A stretch of DNA of 64,000 nt from Mesorhizobium sp. ZC-5. GTDB lineage: Bacteria; Pseudomonadota; Alphaproteobacteria; Rhizobiales; Rhizobiaceae. A program made the position numbers and the translations under genes. Every line of letters starts with the position of its first letter. Position 1 is the stretch's first letter. Of the stretch, positions 26,215 to 35,578 are shown one piece after another. The stretch spans positions 167,871 through 231,870 of the forward strand of contig NZ_JAOWPT010000004.1 in the NCBI RefSeq assembly GCF_025753855.1. The letters run 5' to 3'. The notes under the pieces are model-generated. The model made no database searches. It was not told where the DNA came from and saw only the letters and a program-made list of their open reading frames with translations.

Positions 26215-28362
26215 ATGAAACGATTGCTGATAACCTTCTTTGCCGTGCTTGCGACGGCCATCGCGGCGATGGCCGCGACCTTTGTAAAACCCAACGACAT
26301 GGGCACCGGGGCGCTGCTGTTCAAAAGCAACGAGCCCGGACAATTCGTCGAGGCGCCGCGCGTGGCGTCCGACTTCGACATTTCCGTCACCGGACAGATC
26401 GCCCGGACGCGGGTGACGCAGCAATTCCGCAACCCGGCGAAGGGTTGGGTCGAAGGCGTCTATGTCTTCCCGCTGCCCGAAAACGCCGCCGTCGACACGC
26501 TGAAGATGGTGATCGGCGACCGCGTCATCGTCGGCGACGTCAAGGAAAGGCAGGAAGCCAAGCGCATCTACGAACAGGCCAAGGCCAACGGCGAAAAGAC
26601 CGCCCTGCTGGAACAGGAGCGGCCGAACCTCTTCACCAACCAGGTCGCCAACATCGGCCCCGGCGAAACGATCGTCATCCAGATCGAATACCAGCAGCCG
26701 GTGCGCCAGTCGGGCGGCGTCTTCAGCCTGCGCGTGCCGATGGTGGTCGCCCCGCGCTACAATCCAGCGCCCGAACTCGTCGCTGCCGTGTCGGCCGACT
26801 CGGTCGAGATGTACACCGTTTCCGACCCGGTGCCGGATCGCCAGCGCATTGAGCCGCCGGTGCTCGACCCGCGCTCCAACGCGCCGGTCAACCCGATCAC
26901 CCTGGCGATCGACCTCAAGCCCGGCTTCGACCTCGGCGAGGTGAAAAGCTCGTATCACGATGTGAACGCGACGGGCGACGCATCCGCCAGGAAGATCTCT
27001 CTGAAGAACCCGGAATTTGCCGACCGCGATTTCGAACTGACCTGGGTCGCCAAGTCAGGCAAGGAACCGGCGGTCAGCCTGTTCAACGAAAAGGTGGCTG
27101 GCAACGATTATGCACTGCTGCAGATCACCCCGCCGGAACCGCAGGCTGAACAGAAGCGCCTGCCGCGCGAGGCGATCTTCGTCATCGACAATTCCGGCTC
27201 GATGGGCGGCCCTTCAATGGGCCAGGCCAAGGCGAGCCTCGTCTATGCGCTGGACCGGCTGGAGCCGGGCGACAAGTTCAACGTCATCCGTTTCGACGAC
27301 ACCATGGAGACGGTGTTCGCCCAAGCGGTCGAGGCGAGTCCGGAAAACATCAATTACGCCAGGAGCTTCGTCAACGCGCTTGAAGCGTCGGGCGGCACCG
27401 AGATGGTGGAGCCGCTGCGGGCTGCGCTCCGCGACAGCAATGCCGGGGATGGCTCGCTGCTTCGCCAGGTGGTGTTCCTCACCGACGGCGCCATCGGCAA
27501 CGAACAGCAGATGTTCGACCTCCTCGGCACCATGCGCGGCCGCTCCCGCGTGTTCATGGTCGGCATCGGCTCGGCGCCGAATTCCTTCCTGATGAACCGC
27601 ATGGCCGAACTCGGTCGCGGCAGCTTCACCCAGATCGGCGAAGGCGGCCAGGTCGAGCAGCGCATGCGCGAGCTGTTCGCCAAGCTCGAAAACCCGGTGG
27701 TCACCGAGCTGAAGGCAGCGGCGAGCGATGCCGCGATCGAAGTGACGCCTTCCACCTTGCCCGATCTGTACAAGGGTGAGCCGCTGACGCTGCTGGTCCG
27801 GGCGAAGGAGCTGAAAGGCGATATCGCCGTCTCTGGAATGGTCTCCGGCAGACCGTGGAGGCAGAATATCGCGCTCGACACCGCCGTCCCCGGCTCCGGC
27901 ATCTCGAAACTGTGGGCGCGCCGCAACATCGACGATGCGGAAGTGGCGCAAAGTCTTGGCCAGATCAGCCCGAGCGACGCCGACCGCCGCATCCTGGCGC
28001 TGGCGCTAGAGCATCATCTGGTCAGCCGGGTGACCAGCCTGGTCGCGGTCGACAAGACGCCGTCGCGCAAGCCCGGCGAGAAGCTGACCCGCACCGACGT
28101 GCCGCTCAACCTGCCCGCCGGCTGGGACTACGACAAGGTGTTCGGCGAGCAGAAACCCGTGCTGGAGCGCGAGGCGATGCTCGACCCAACGCTGATCGCC
28201 TCGACCAGGAATGCGCCCGCAGCGCAGTCGCCGGATGCGCAGCAGCAGATCGACCTGCCGCAGACGGCGACGCCTTCGCAACTGCTGATGATCGCCGGCG
28301 CGCTGATCATGGCGCTGGCGCTTCTCCTGCAATTCTGGTCACGCCGCACGAGGGTGGCATGA
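26215..28362 (+). CDS. Sortase substrate with a VIT domain, a vWA domain and a C-terminal LPQTA sorting signal (marine-proteobacterial sortase target family)
   Basis: Signal peptide MKRLLITFFAVLATAIAAMA. N-terminal VIT region. vWA MIDAS motif (DNSGSMGG ... TDG). C-terminus IDLPQTATPSQLLMIAGALIMALALLLQFWSRRTRVA is motif, then TM, then basic tail. Confidence 0.8.
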   Translation: MKRLLITFFAVLATAIAAMAATFVKPNDMGTGALLFKSNEPGQFVEAPRVASDFDISVTGQIARTRVTQQFRNPAKGWVEGVYVFPLPENAAVDTLKMVIGDRVIVGDVKERQEAKRIYEQAKANGEKTALLEQERPNLFTNQVANIGPGETIVIQIEYQQPVRQSGGVFSLRVPMVVAPRYNPAPELVAAVSADSVEMYTVSDPVPDRQRIEPPVLDPRSNAPVNPITLAIDLKPGFDLGEVKSSYHDVNATGDASARKISLKNPEFADRDFELTWVAKSGKEPAVSLFNEKVAGNDYALLQITPPEPQAEQKRLPREAIFVIDNSGSMGGPSMGQAKASLVYALDRLEPGDKFNVIRFDDTMETVFAQAVEASPENINYARSFVNALEASGGTEMVEPLRAALRDSNAGDGSLLRQVVFLTDGAIGNEQQMFDLLGTMRGRSRVFMVGIGSAPNSFLMNRMAELGRGSFTQIGEGGQVEQRMRELFAKLENPVVTELKAAASDAAIEVTPSTLPDLYKGEPLTLLVRAKELKGDIAVSGMVSGRPWRQNIALDTAVPGSGISKLWARRNIDDAEVAQSLGQISPSDADRRILALALEHHLVSRVTSLVAVDKTPSRKPGEKLTRTDVPLNLPAGWDYDKVFGEQKPVLEREAMLDPTLIASTRNAPAAQSPDAQQQIDLPQTATPSQLLMIAGALIMALALLLQFWSRRTRVA

Positions 28363-28955
28363 CCAGACGTCGATTGTTGAACCTGGGCGCGGCGGCAATC
28401 GCCGCGCTCGGGCTTACCATCTTCGCGCAAGGCGCATGGATCCAGGCCAAGGCGGTGCTGGCGCAATATCTGCTCGAGGACGCCTTTGCAGAAAGCGTCG
28501 CCACCGGCAGGCCGGTGAAGCCGTGGGATTGGGCCGACACCTGGCCCGTGGCAAAGATAGAAGTACCGAGCCTCGGCAGATCGGCGATTGCGCTCGCCGG
28601 GTCGAGCGGCCAGGCTCTGGCCTTCGGCCCGGGACATCTCGACCGCTCCGCCGAGCCCGGCGAACCCGGCACCACCGTCTATGCCGCCCATCGCGATACC
28701 CACTTCGCCTTCCTCGGCGCGGTGAAGGTCGGCGACGCGATCGAGGTGACCCGCGCCGACGGCCGGACGTTCATCTACCAGACGACCGGCAGCGAGATCG
28801 TGCGCTGGGACAATTCAGGCATCAGCACCGACGCGCGCGGCGCGCAGCTCGCACTCGTCACCTGCTGGCCGCTCGACGGCAAGACGCGCGGCCCCCTGCG
28901 CTACGTCGTCCACGCCACCTTGAAAGAAGGAGCAAAAATTGCGGAAGCACGCTAA
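28359..28955 (+). CDS. Sortase (proteobacterial, GN/class-6-like)
   Basis: ATG overlaps the target stop (gtggcATGAcc). N-terminal TM. Catalytic His (YAAHRDTHF), Cys (LVTCWP) and Arg (RYVVHA). Confidence 0.8.
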   Translation: MTRRRLLNLGAAAIAALGLTIFAQGAWIQAKAVLAQYLLEDAFAESVATGRPVKPWDWADTWPVAKIEVPSLGRSAIALAGSSGQALAFGPGHLDRSAEPGEPGTTVYAAHRDTHFAFLGAVKVGDAIEVTRADGRTFIYQTTGSEIVRWDNSGISTDARGAQLALVTCWPLDGKTRGPLRYVVHATLKEGAKIAEAR

Positions 28956-29902
28956 CCGAACACTGCCTGCGCCACCGCCAGCCAGAACGCGGTGGACACC
29001 ACCGCGCACGCTGTGGCGATCGTCATCTGGTTCGATGCCAATGCCTGGCCGGTGCCGAACTGCATGGCGATCAGATAGGAGTTGACGCCCGACGGTAGCG
29101 CAGCCGCCGCCACCGCCACCTTTGCCGGAAGCGGCGGCAGGCCAAGCAGCCAGGCCATGCCGAGCGCCACCGCTGGCATCAGGAACAGTTTCAGGAACGA
29201 CAGCACGACTGCCGGGCGGACATTTCCGGAAATCCCGAATTTCCTCAATCCAAGCCCCATCGCGAACAGCGCGAGCGGTGCTGCGATATCGGCCAGCGCG
29301 TCGACGAAGCGGGCAGCCAGCACAGGCAGCGGAATGCCGGTCATGCTCCACAGCAGCCCGGCAACAATGCCGAGGATCAGCGGGTTGGTGCCGATCTTGC
29401 GCAGGAAATCGCGAATCATCGCGGCCGGATGCAGCCCGCCATTCTTCTCGCGCCCGAAAATCTCGAACAGGATGATGGAGGCCATCATCATCGTCGGCAG
29501 ATGCACGGCGATGATAAGGGAGAGTATCTCGAAACCCTGCTGCCCGAAAACGCCGAGCATGAATGGGGTGCCGAGCAGCACCAGGTTGGAAAACGCCGTG
29601 GCGACGCCGCCGACGACACCGGCCTGCCCGTCGCGCCCGAAGATGCGGGTGATGGCCAGATGCCCGGCGGTCCAGGCAACGATCACCGCGGTGAAATAGG
29701 TCGTCCACAGCGCCCAGGGCGCGGCGCCGTGAAAATCGGCGCTGACCATGGTGCGGAAGAGCAGCAGCGGCAGCGCCACGCCGACCGCGAAGGCCGAGAG
29801 CGCGTCGCCCGTTTCGGTACGCAGATAACCGGTCAGGCCAGCCAGGTAGCCGAGCGCAACGAGGCCGAAGACGAAAAGCACTGTTTCGAAGAGCGGAGAC
29901 AT
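28952..29902 (-). CDS. AEC-family (auxin efflux carrier / MdcF-like) transporter
   Basis: 316 aa, about 10 TM segments, membrane-transport family signature. Confidence 0.75.
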   Translation of the reverse strand: MSPLFETVLFVFGLVALGYLAGLTGYLRTETGDALSAFAVGVALPLLLFRTMVSADFHGAAPWALWTTYFTAVIVAWTAGHLAITRIFGRDGQAGVVGGVATAFSNLVLLGTPFMLGVFGQQGFEILSLIIAVHLPTMMMASIILFEIFGREKNGGLHPAAMIRDFLRKIGTNPLILGIVAGLLWSMTGIPLPVLAARFVDALADIAAPLALFAMGLGLRKFGISGNVRPAVVLSFLKLFLMPAVALGMAWLLGLPPLPAKVAVAAAALPSGVNSYLIAMQFGTGQALASNQMTIATACAVVSTAFWLAVAQAVFG

Positions 29903-30135
29903 GCGCCGCTCTTAGCGCATGCCTTCCGAAACCGGAAACCGGTTTTCGAAGCATTGTCGATCGGACAAAATGTCAAAACATGCAAACTGCATGTTTGAGG
30001 GCCTTCAAAACTCCCCGGGAACATACGACCTGTATGAAATTGTCGGCCCGGTGGCGCGCTTTGATGTCCTGAGCGCAGGCGGGTTGTTTTTCATCCCGCT
30101 TTCCCTTCCCTATATCGGGACCGGGAGGAATTTGG

Positions 30136-30690
30136 ATGCTTCGACTGGCCGCGACCCTGTTCGCGCTTCTTCTGCTGACACCGGCCCACGCCACGGAAGC
30201 CGGCTGGGCGTTGCTGCGCGACGGCGGCCACGTCGTGCTGTTGCGGCACGCCACGGTCACCGGCAGCGCCGATTCGGCGGGCTTCGACATCGAGAAATGT
30301 GCCAGCCAGCAGAAGCTGTCGGAGCGCGGCAAGCAGCAGGCGCGCAAGATCGGCGCACTGTTTGCGACGCGCGCCGCCCCCATCGAGCGCGTCCTGTCGA
30401 GTCGTTATTGTCGGGCTGTCGACACCGCCGACATCGCCTTCCGGGACAACGACGCCGAAAAGTTCGAGCCGCTCGACCTGCTCTCGAAGGACCCGGAGAA
30501 AGCCGCGGCGCAGAACGCCGCCGTCATCAAGGAAGTCGGCGACTACACCGGCGACGGCAATCTGGTGCTCGTCACCCATCTCGAAAACATCATGGCGCTG
30601 ACCGGCGCCGGTGCCCGTGAAGGCGAGGCGGTGATCGTCGGCCTCGACGGCGAGAAACTGCGTGTACTCGGCCGCATCATCTTCAACTGA
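30136..30690 (+). CDS. Histidine-phosphatase (PGAM/SixA-like) family protein with a signal peptide
   Basis: RBS gggagg. Signal peptide MLRLAATLFALLLLTPAHA. Catalytic motif LLRHA (an RHG variant). Confidence 0.7.
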   Translation: MLRLAATLFALLLLTPAHATEAGWALLRDGGHVVLLRHATVTGSADSAGFDIEKCASQQKLSERGKQQARKIGALFATRAAPIERVLSSRYCRAVDTADIAFRDNDAEKFEPLDLLSKDPEKAAAQNAAVIKEVGDYTGDGNLVLVTHLENIMALTGAGAREGEAVIVGLDGEKLRVLGRIIFN

Positions 30691-30937
30691 AAGCCCTTCG
30701 GTGCCAGCCGATGGGCGTTGTTTTGCGGGCTGCGCGAATGTTGCCTAAATGCAACCACCACAAGAAGCCGCACTTCCGCCACGACAATGCCGCTTGCGAC
30801 AACCCGCCGCAGGGGCTATAGGCGCGCTCCCGGTCACGAAAGCCGGAGCGAGCACAACGGTTGGAGCTTTCGTCTCCGCCCGCGCAGGCGGCATTGCCGG
30901 CCCTGTGTACGGCGCCGCTTCGGAGGTCGGATAGGGC

Positions 30938-31011
30938 GCGGATGTAGCTCAGTCTGGAAGAGCGCCGGATTGCGTATCCGGAGGTCGCAGGTTCGAATCC
31001 TGCTGTTCGAG
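30938..31011 (+). tRNA. tRNA-like sequence 1. It has canonical D- and T-arms but a non-pairing acceptor stem, so it is a possible pseudogene. The anticodon loop reads TTGCGTA.
   Basis: TAGCTCAGTCTGGAAGAGC D-arm, CCGGA-TTGCGTA-TCCGG anticodon arm and GCAGGTTCGAATCCTGC T-arm are all present. The 5' GCGGATG does not pair with the 3' TGTTCGA. Confidence 0.4.
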
Positions 31012-31015
31012 CCCA

Positions 31016-31089
31016 CCACGGATAGCTCAGTTGGGTAGAGCATCAGACTTATAATCTGACTGTCGAAGGTTCGAATCCTTCTCCATTGG
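31016..31089 (+). tRNA. tRNA-like sequence 2. It has canonical arms and an anticodon loop CTTATAA (anticodon UAU). The acceptor stem has 2 mismatches.
   Basis: CCACGGA-TA-GCTCAGTTGGGTAGAGC-A-TCAGACTTATAATCTGA-CTGTC-GAAGGTTCGAATCCTTC-TCCATTG. No CCA is encoded. Confidence 0.4.
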
Positions 31090-31427
31090 CCTGAAAAGCC
31101 AGCACCCTTTTAAGGTGTCCATCTGAACGACGGTCCGGGGACTGGAATGCGGAAGGCCTGACGACGGGCTCCAAGCCTGCGGGCAAGGAATTCGACCGAT
31201 GGCCTGATGCCGTCCCTCTGCGGCCAGGCCCGCGGTGATGGCCAAGACGCATGCCCGCCGGCAACGGAGCGTCGCTCCAGCGCCCGCCCGCATGCCTCGC
31301 GGCCCGCTCCCGCTGGCCCGCCTCGGAAGGATGCCACCGGTCCCCGGATCTTTCATGCCCGGGACGCGAAACAGAACGAAAGGACGATCGACGCATGACT
31401 TAGCCATGCCCGACAGGAGTGAAGAAC

Positions 31428-32573
31428 ATGATGACCATTCTCGACAAGGTTCTTGGACGCCAGCGCGTCCTCGTAAAGGAAAACGAACGTGCGATCGCCC
31501 TCTACAAGGGCGAGATGCTGGGCATTCTCGGCCCGGGCGAACATGCTTTGCCCAACCGCCGCAACCGCCTCGACATCTTCCGGCACGATCTGAAGAGCCC
31601 GGAATTCGTTTCGGCGTTCGAGAAGGCGTTGTTCGACAAGCTCCCGGACGTGGCGGCGCGTCATTTGACGGTGTTCCGCACCAGCCGCACTGAAGTAGCC
31701 GTGGTCGAGCGGGACGCACAGATCCACACGGTTCTGGGTCCGGACCGCAAGCTTTCGGTGTGGACGGATGCTGGTCCGTGGACGTCGACCGTGGTCGACA
31801 TCTCGGAAGGACTGACCGTTGATGCAGCCCTGCTGCGCCGGCTCGTGCTGGCCAGCAAGGCGAACGTCGTGACGACGTCCTACGTTGCGGAAGGCTATGC
31901 CGGCCTGCTGTTCGTGGATGGCGTGTATGTCGAAACGCTGGCGCCGGGCGCGCACGGCTTCTGGAACACCGGCCGTTCAGTGCTCGTGAAGCTCGTCGAC
32001 CTGAAGCGCCAGTCGCTCGACGTGGCCGGACAGGAGATGCTGACCAAGGATCGCGTGACGATCCGCGTCAACATCGCCGCCGACTACCGCGTCGTCGACC
32101 CGCTGAAGGCGGTGGCGACGGTGAAGGACTTCTCCGAAGCCCTCTACCGTGCGCTGCAGTTCGCCTTCCGCAAGACGCTTGGCGCCCTGACGCTTGATCA
32201 GATCCTTGAAAAGAAGGTGACGGTCGACGAAGAGGCGGCAGGCAAGGTGCGCGCCGACATGGCCGAGATCGGCGTCGAGGTTTCCGATATCGCCCTCAAG
32301 GATGTTATCCTGCCGGGCGAGATGCGCGAGATCCTCAACCAGGTGGTCGCGGCCGAAAAGCAGGCCGAGGCCAACGTCATCCGCCGCCGCGAGGAGACGA
32401 ACGCAACGCGTTCCCTGCTCAACACGGCGAAGGTGATGGCCGAGAACCCGGTGATGCTGCGCCTGAAGGAGCTCGAGGCGCTGGAAACCATCGCCGGCAA
32501 GGTCGAGCGTCTGACGGTCCACAACGGCACCGGCGGGCTCTTGAACGACCTGGTGAAGCTCCGCGACCAGTGA
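31428..32573 (+). CDS. SPFH/band-7 (stomatin/slipin-like) domain protein
   Basis: RBS aggag is 9 nt upstream of the ATG. Band-7 core (TKDRVTIRVNIAADYRVVDPLKAV...) followed by a coiled-coil tail. Confidence 0.8.
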   Translation: MMTILDKVLGRQRVLVKENERAIALYKGEMLGILGPGEHALPNRRNRLDIFRHDLKSPEFVSAFEKALFDKLPDVAARHLTVFRTSRTEVAVVERDAQIHTVLGPDRKLSVWTDAGPWTSTVVDISEGLTVDAALLRRLVLASKANVVTTSYVAEGYAGLLFVDGVYVETLAPGAHGFWNTGRSVLVKLVDLKRQSLDVAGQEMLTKDRVTIRVNIAADYRVVDPLKAVATVKDFSEALYRALQFAFRKTLGALTLDQILEKKVTVDEEAAGKVRADMAEIGVEVSDIALKDVILPGEMREILNQVVAAEKQAEANVIRRREETNATRSLLNTAKVMAENPVMLRLKELEALETIAGKVERLTVHNGTGGLLNDLVKLRDQ

Positions 32574-32747
32574 GCATCCAAAGCAACAAGAAGGGCCGTC
32601 CGTTTGCACGGACGGCCCTTCGTTTCTATCTGTTTAGCGCCGCTGGCCGGCAGGCGGGAGCATTTCGCCCTTTTCCTGCAAGGCAAAACCGATTAGAGAG
32701 CCCGACAAACTTCATCCTTGAATCCGACCCTATCGAGGGAATTGCCT

Positions 32748-33032
32748 GTGTCCACCACATTTGAAAAAGTTGCGAAAATCATTGCCGATACCAGCGAGAT
32801 CGATATCGATTCGATCACGCCGGAGAGCCATACGATCGATGACCTCGGTATCGACAGCCTCGATTTCCTCGACATCGTGTTCGCCATCGACAAGGAATTC
32901 GGCATCAAGGTGCCGCTCGAAAAGTGGACCCAGGAAGTCAATGATGGCAAGGTCTCGACGGAAGAGTACTTCGTCATGAAGAACCTCTGCGCCAAGATCG
33001 ACGCCCTCGTCGCCGCCAAGAACGCCGTCTGA
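32748..33032 (+). CDS. acpXL: Specialised acyl carrier protein for the lipid A very-long-chain fatty acid
   Basis: GTG start ([19 protein letters not shown]...). Phosphopantetheine site [14 protein letters not shown]. First gene of the acpXL-fabF2XL-fabF1XL-adh-lpxXL set. Confidence 0.8.
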   Translation: MSTTFEKVAKIIADTSEIDIDSITPESHTIDDLGIDSLDFLDIVFAIDKEFGIKVPLEKWTQEVNDGKVSTEEYFVMKNLCAKIDALVAAKNAV

Positions 33033-33065
33033 CCGGCGTTTCCAGCCGAACAACCACGGACAACC

Positions 33066-34253
33066 ATGAGCGCCCGCGACGTCGTCATCACCGGCATCGG
33101 CCTCGTCTCATCGCTTGGCGAAGGCGCCGACGCGCACTGGCAAAAACTGTCGGTGCCGGGCGTCAAGCCGGTTGTCGACGAAGCGCGCTACGCGCCCTAC
33201 ACCGTGCATCCGCTGCCCGAAATCGACTGGAGCCTGCAGATCGCCAAGCGCGGCGACCAGCGCCAGATGGAAAACTGGCAGCGGCTCGGCACCTATACGG
33301 CGGGCCTCGCGCTCGACGATGCCGGGGTGAAGGGCGACGAAGCGCTCTGCTCCACCATGGACATGATCGTCGCCGCCGGCGGCGGCGAACGCGACGAGGC
33401 GGTGGATCAGGGCATTCTCGATGCCTCGGCCACCCGCAACGACCGTGACGTCCTGCTCAACGAAAAGCTCACCACCGAGCTTCGCCCGACGCTTTTCCTG
33501 GCGCAGCTTTCCAACCTGCTGGCCGGCAACATCTCCATCGTCCACAAGGTAACGGGATCCTCGCGCACCTTCATGGGCGAAGAAGGCGCCGGCATCTCGG
33601 CGGTCGAGACGGCCGCCGCACGCATCCGCTCGGGCCGCTCGACCCATGCGCTGGTGGGGGGTGCCTTCCAGACAGAGCACTCCGACATGCTGCTGGCCTA
33701 TGAACTCGCCGGCTATCTGCATCGCGGCGCCTGGAAATCCGTGTGGGAGCGCAAGCGCTCCGAAGGTGGCGGTGTCGTCACCGGCTCGGGTGCGGCATTC
33801 CTCGTGCTGGAATCGCGCGAACATGCGCAAAAGCGCGGGCGCGATGTATACGCGGCGCTGGGTCCAGTCGCTTCGGGGCGCCACCAGCGTTCCGGCGACG
33901 GGTTGTCGACCGCGGTGACCGACCTCGTCAGGGCGACGGGCATTCCGGCCGGCCGACTGCTGGCGCTCTCCGGCGCTTCGGGTGCCCATGCGGCGACCGC
34001 TGCCGAAAAGGCGGCGCTCGCCGCGGCCGGGGAAATTGCCGTGCGCGGCGTCTCGACGGTTACCGGCCATTTGAAAGAGGCACAGTTCCCGTTCGCCATC
34101 GCGCTGGCGGCGCTCGCCGTGAAGAACCGCGCCGGCTATCCGGCCTTCGACGGCGCCAACGAGCCGGCCTTCGACGGCGCGCCCGAGGCTGCACTCGCCA
34201 CCGCGATCGGCTACCATCGCTTCGAAGGCGCGGCGCTCATCAGCCGAGCGTAA
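33066..34253 (+). CDS. fabF2XL: Beta-ketoacyl-ACP synthase-like protein (KAS / chain-length-factor type)
   Basis: 395 aa thiolase-fold KAS homologue directly after acpXL. Confidence 0.7.
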   Translation: MSARDVVITGIGLVSSLGEGADAHWQKLSVPGVKPVVDEARYAPYTVHPLPEIDWSLQIAKRGDQRQMENWQRLGTYTAGLALDDAGVKGDEALCSTMDMIVAAGGGERDEAVDQGILDASATRNDRDVLLNEKLTTELRPTLFLAQLSNLLAGNISIVHKVTGSSRTFMGEEGAGISAVETAAARIRSGRSTHALVGGAFQTEHSDMLLAYELAGYLHRGAWKSVWERKRSEGGGVVTGSGAAFLVLESREHAQKRGRDVYAALGPVASGRHQRSGDGLSTAVTDLVRATGIPAGRLLALSGASGAHAATAAEKAALAAAGEIAVRGVSTVTGHLKEAQFPFAIALAALAVKNRAGYPAFDGANEPAFDGAPEAALATAIGYHRFEGAALISRA

Positions 34254-34272
34254 GCGCGCAAAGGAAAAGGTC

Positions 34273-35544
34273 ATGGCAAGAACCAAAGACCATCTCGGCA
34301 GGCCGGTCGTGGCCGTCACCGGCATCGGCGTCGTCACTTCGCTCGGCATCGGCAAGAAAGACAATTGGGCGGCCCTAACCTCGGGGCGCTCCGGCATTCA
34401 TCCGATCACGCGCTTTCCTGTCGATCACATGAACACCCGCATCGCTGGTACCGTCGATTTTCTCGGCTCGAGCGACAAGGGCGCGACCGCCCTCACCTAC
34501 GAACTGGCGGAAACGTCGGCCCGCGAGGCGCTCGACGAAGCCGGTTTCACCAACGGCCATTTCGCCGGTCCGCTGTTTCTCGCCTCGCCGCCGGTCGAGA
34601 TGGACTGGCACGACCGTTTTGCGCTCTACAATTCGGTCAGCGAACCCGAGGGTTACCAGCGCCTGCTCACCGTCGGCCGCAATTTGCAGACGCATGAGAT
34701 CTTCGAATCCACGCAATTCGGCTCGATCGCCGACCGGCTCGCCGATCGCTTCGGCACGCAGGGCCTGCCGGTGACGCTGTCGACGGCCTGCGCCTCGGGC
34801 GCCACCGCGATCCAGCTTGGCGTCGAGGCGATCCAGCGCGGTGAGACCGATCGCGCCATCGCCATCGGCGCAGACGGCTCGGCGACCGCCGAGGCGCTGA
34901 TCCGTTTCTCGCTGCTGTCGGCGCTATCGACCAGCAACGACAACCCGGAACGGGCCTCCAAGCCGTTCTCGAAGGACCGCGACGGTTTCGTGCTTGCCGA
35001 AGGTTCGGCGGCACTGGTGCTGGAATCGCTCGAAAGCGCCGAGGCGCGCGGCGCCACGATACTCGGCATCATGCGCGGCTGCGGCGAGCGCGCGGACGAT
35101 TTCCACCGCACCCGCTCGAAGCCGGACGGTTCGCCGGCCATCGCCGCCGTGAAGGCGGCGCTGGCCGACGCCGGCCTCCGCGACGACGAGATCGACTATG
35201 TCAACGCGCACGGCACTTCGACGCCGGAAAACGACAAGATGGAGCATCTGTCGCTGTCGACGGTGTTCGGCGAGCGCATCCGTTCGATCCCGGTATCGTC
35301 GAACAAATCTATGATCGGCCACACGCTCTCGGCGGCGGGTGCCATCGAGGCGGCCTTCTCGCTGCTGACCATGCGCGAAGGCGTCATCCCCCCGACCATC
35401 AACTACGACAACCCCGATCCGGCGATCGAGCTCGACGTGGTGCCCAACGTCAAGCGCGAGGCCAAGGTGCGCACCGTGCTTTCCAATTCGTTCGGTTTCG
35501 GCGGCCAGAACACCTGCCTTGTCATGGCGCGGGAACCGGTCTAA
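34273..35544 (+). CDS. fabF1XL: 3-oxoacyl-ACP synthase II (FabF-like)
   Basis: Active-site Cys context (STACASGATAIQ) and C-terminal GHTLSAAGAIE / NSFGFGGQN. Confidence 0.8.
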   Translation: MARTKDHLGRPVVAVTGIGVVTSLGIGKKDNWAALTSGRSGIHPITRFPVDHMNTRIAGTVDFLGSSDKGATALTYELAETSAREALDEAGFTNGHFAGPLFLASPPVEMDWHDRFALYNSVSEPEGYQRLLTVGRNLQTHEIFESTQFGSIADRLADRFGTQGLPVTLSTACASGATAIQLGVEAIQRGETDRAIAIGADGSATAEALIRFSLLSALSTSNDNPERASKPFSKDRDGFVLAEGSAALVLESLESAEARGATILGIMRGCGERADDFHRTRSKPDGSPAIAAVKAALADAGLRDDEIDYVNAHGTSTPENDKMEHLSLSTVFGERIRSIPVSSNKSMIGHTLSAAGAIEAAFSLLTMREGVIPPTINYDNPDPAIELDVVPNVKREAKVRTVLSNSFGFGGQNTCLVMAREPV

Positions 35545-35578
35545 GCGACCGGTTCCGATCGCCATTTCAGGAAAAACA

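Noticed and set aside
30691-31427. Genomic island integrated at the tRNA-like sequences
   Set aside because: No integrase, recombinase or excisionase gene. I could find no direct repeat of a tRNA 3' segment. The flanking genes are ordinary metabolic genes. The odd tRNA structures are reported as a finding instead.
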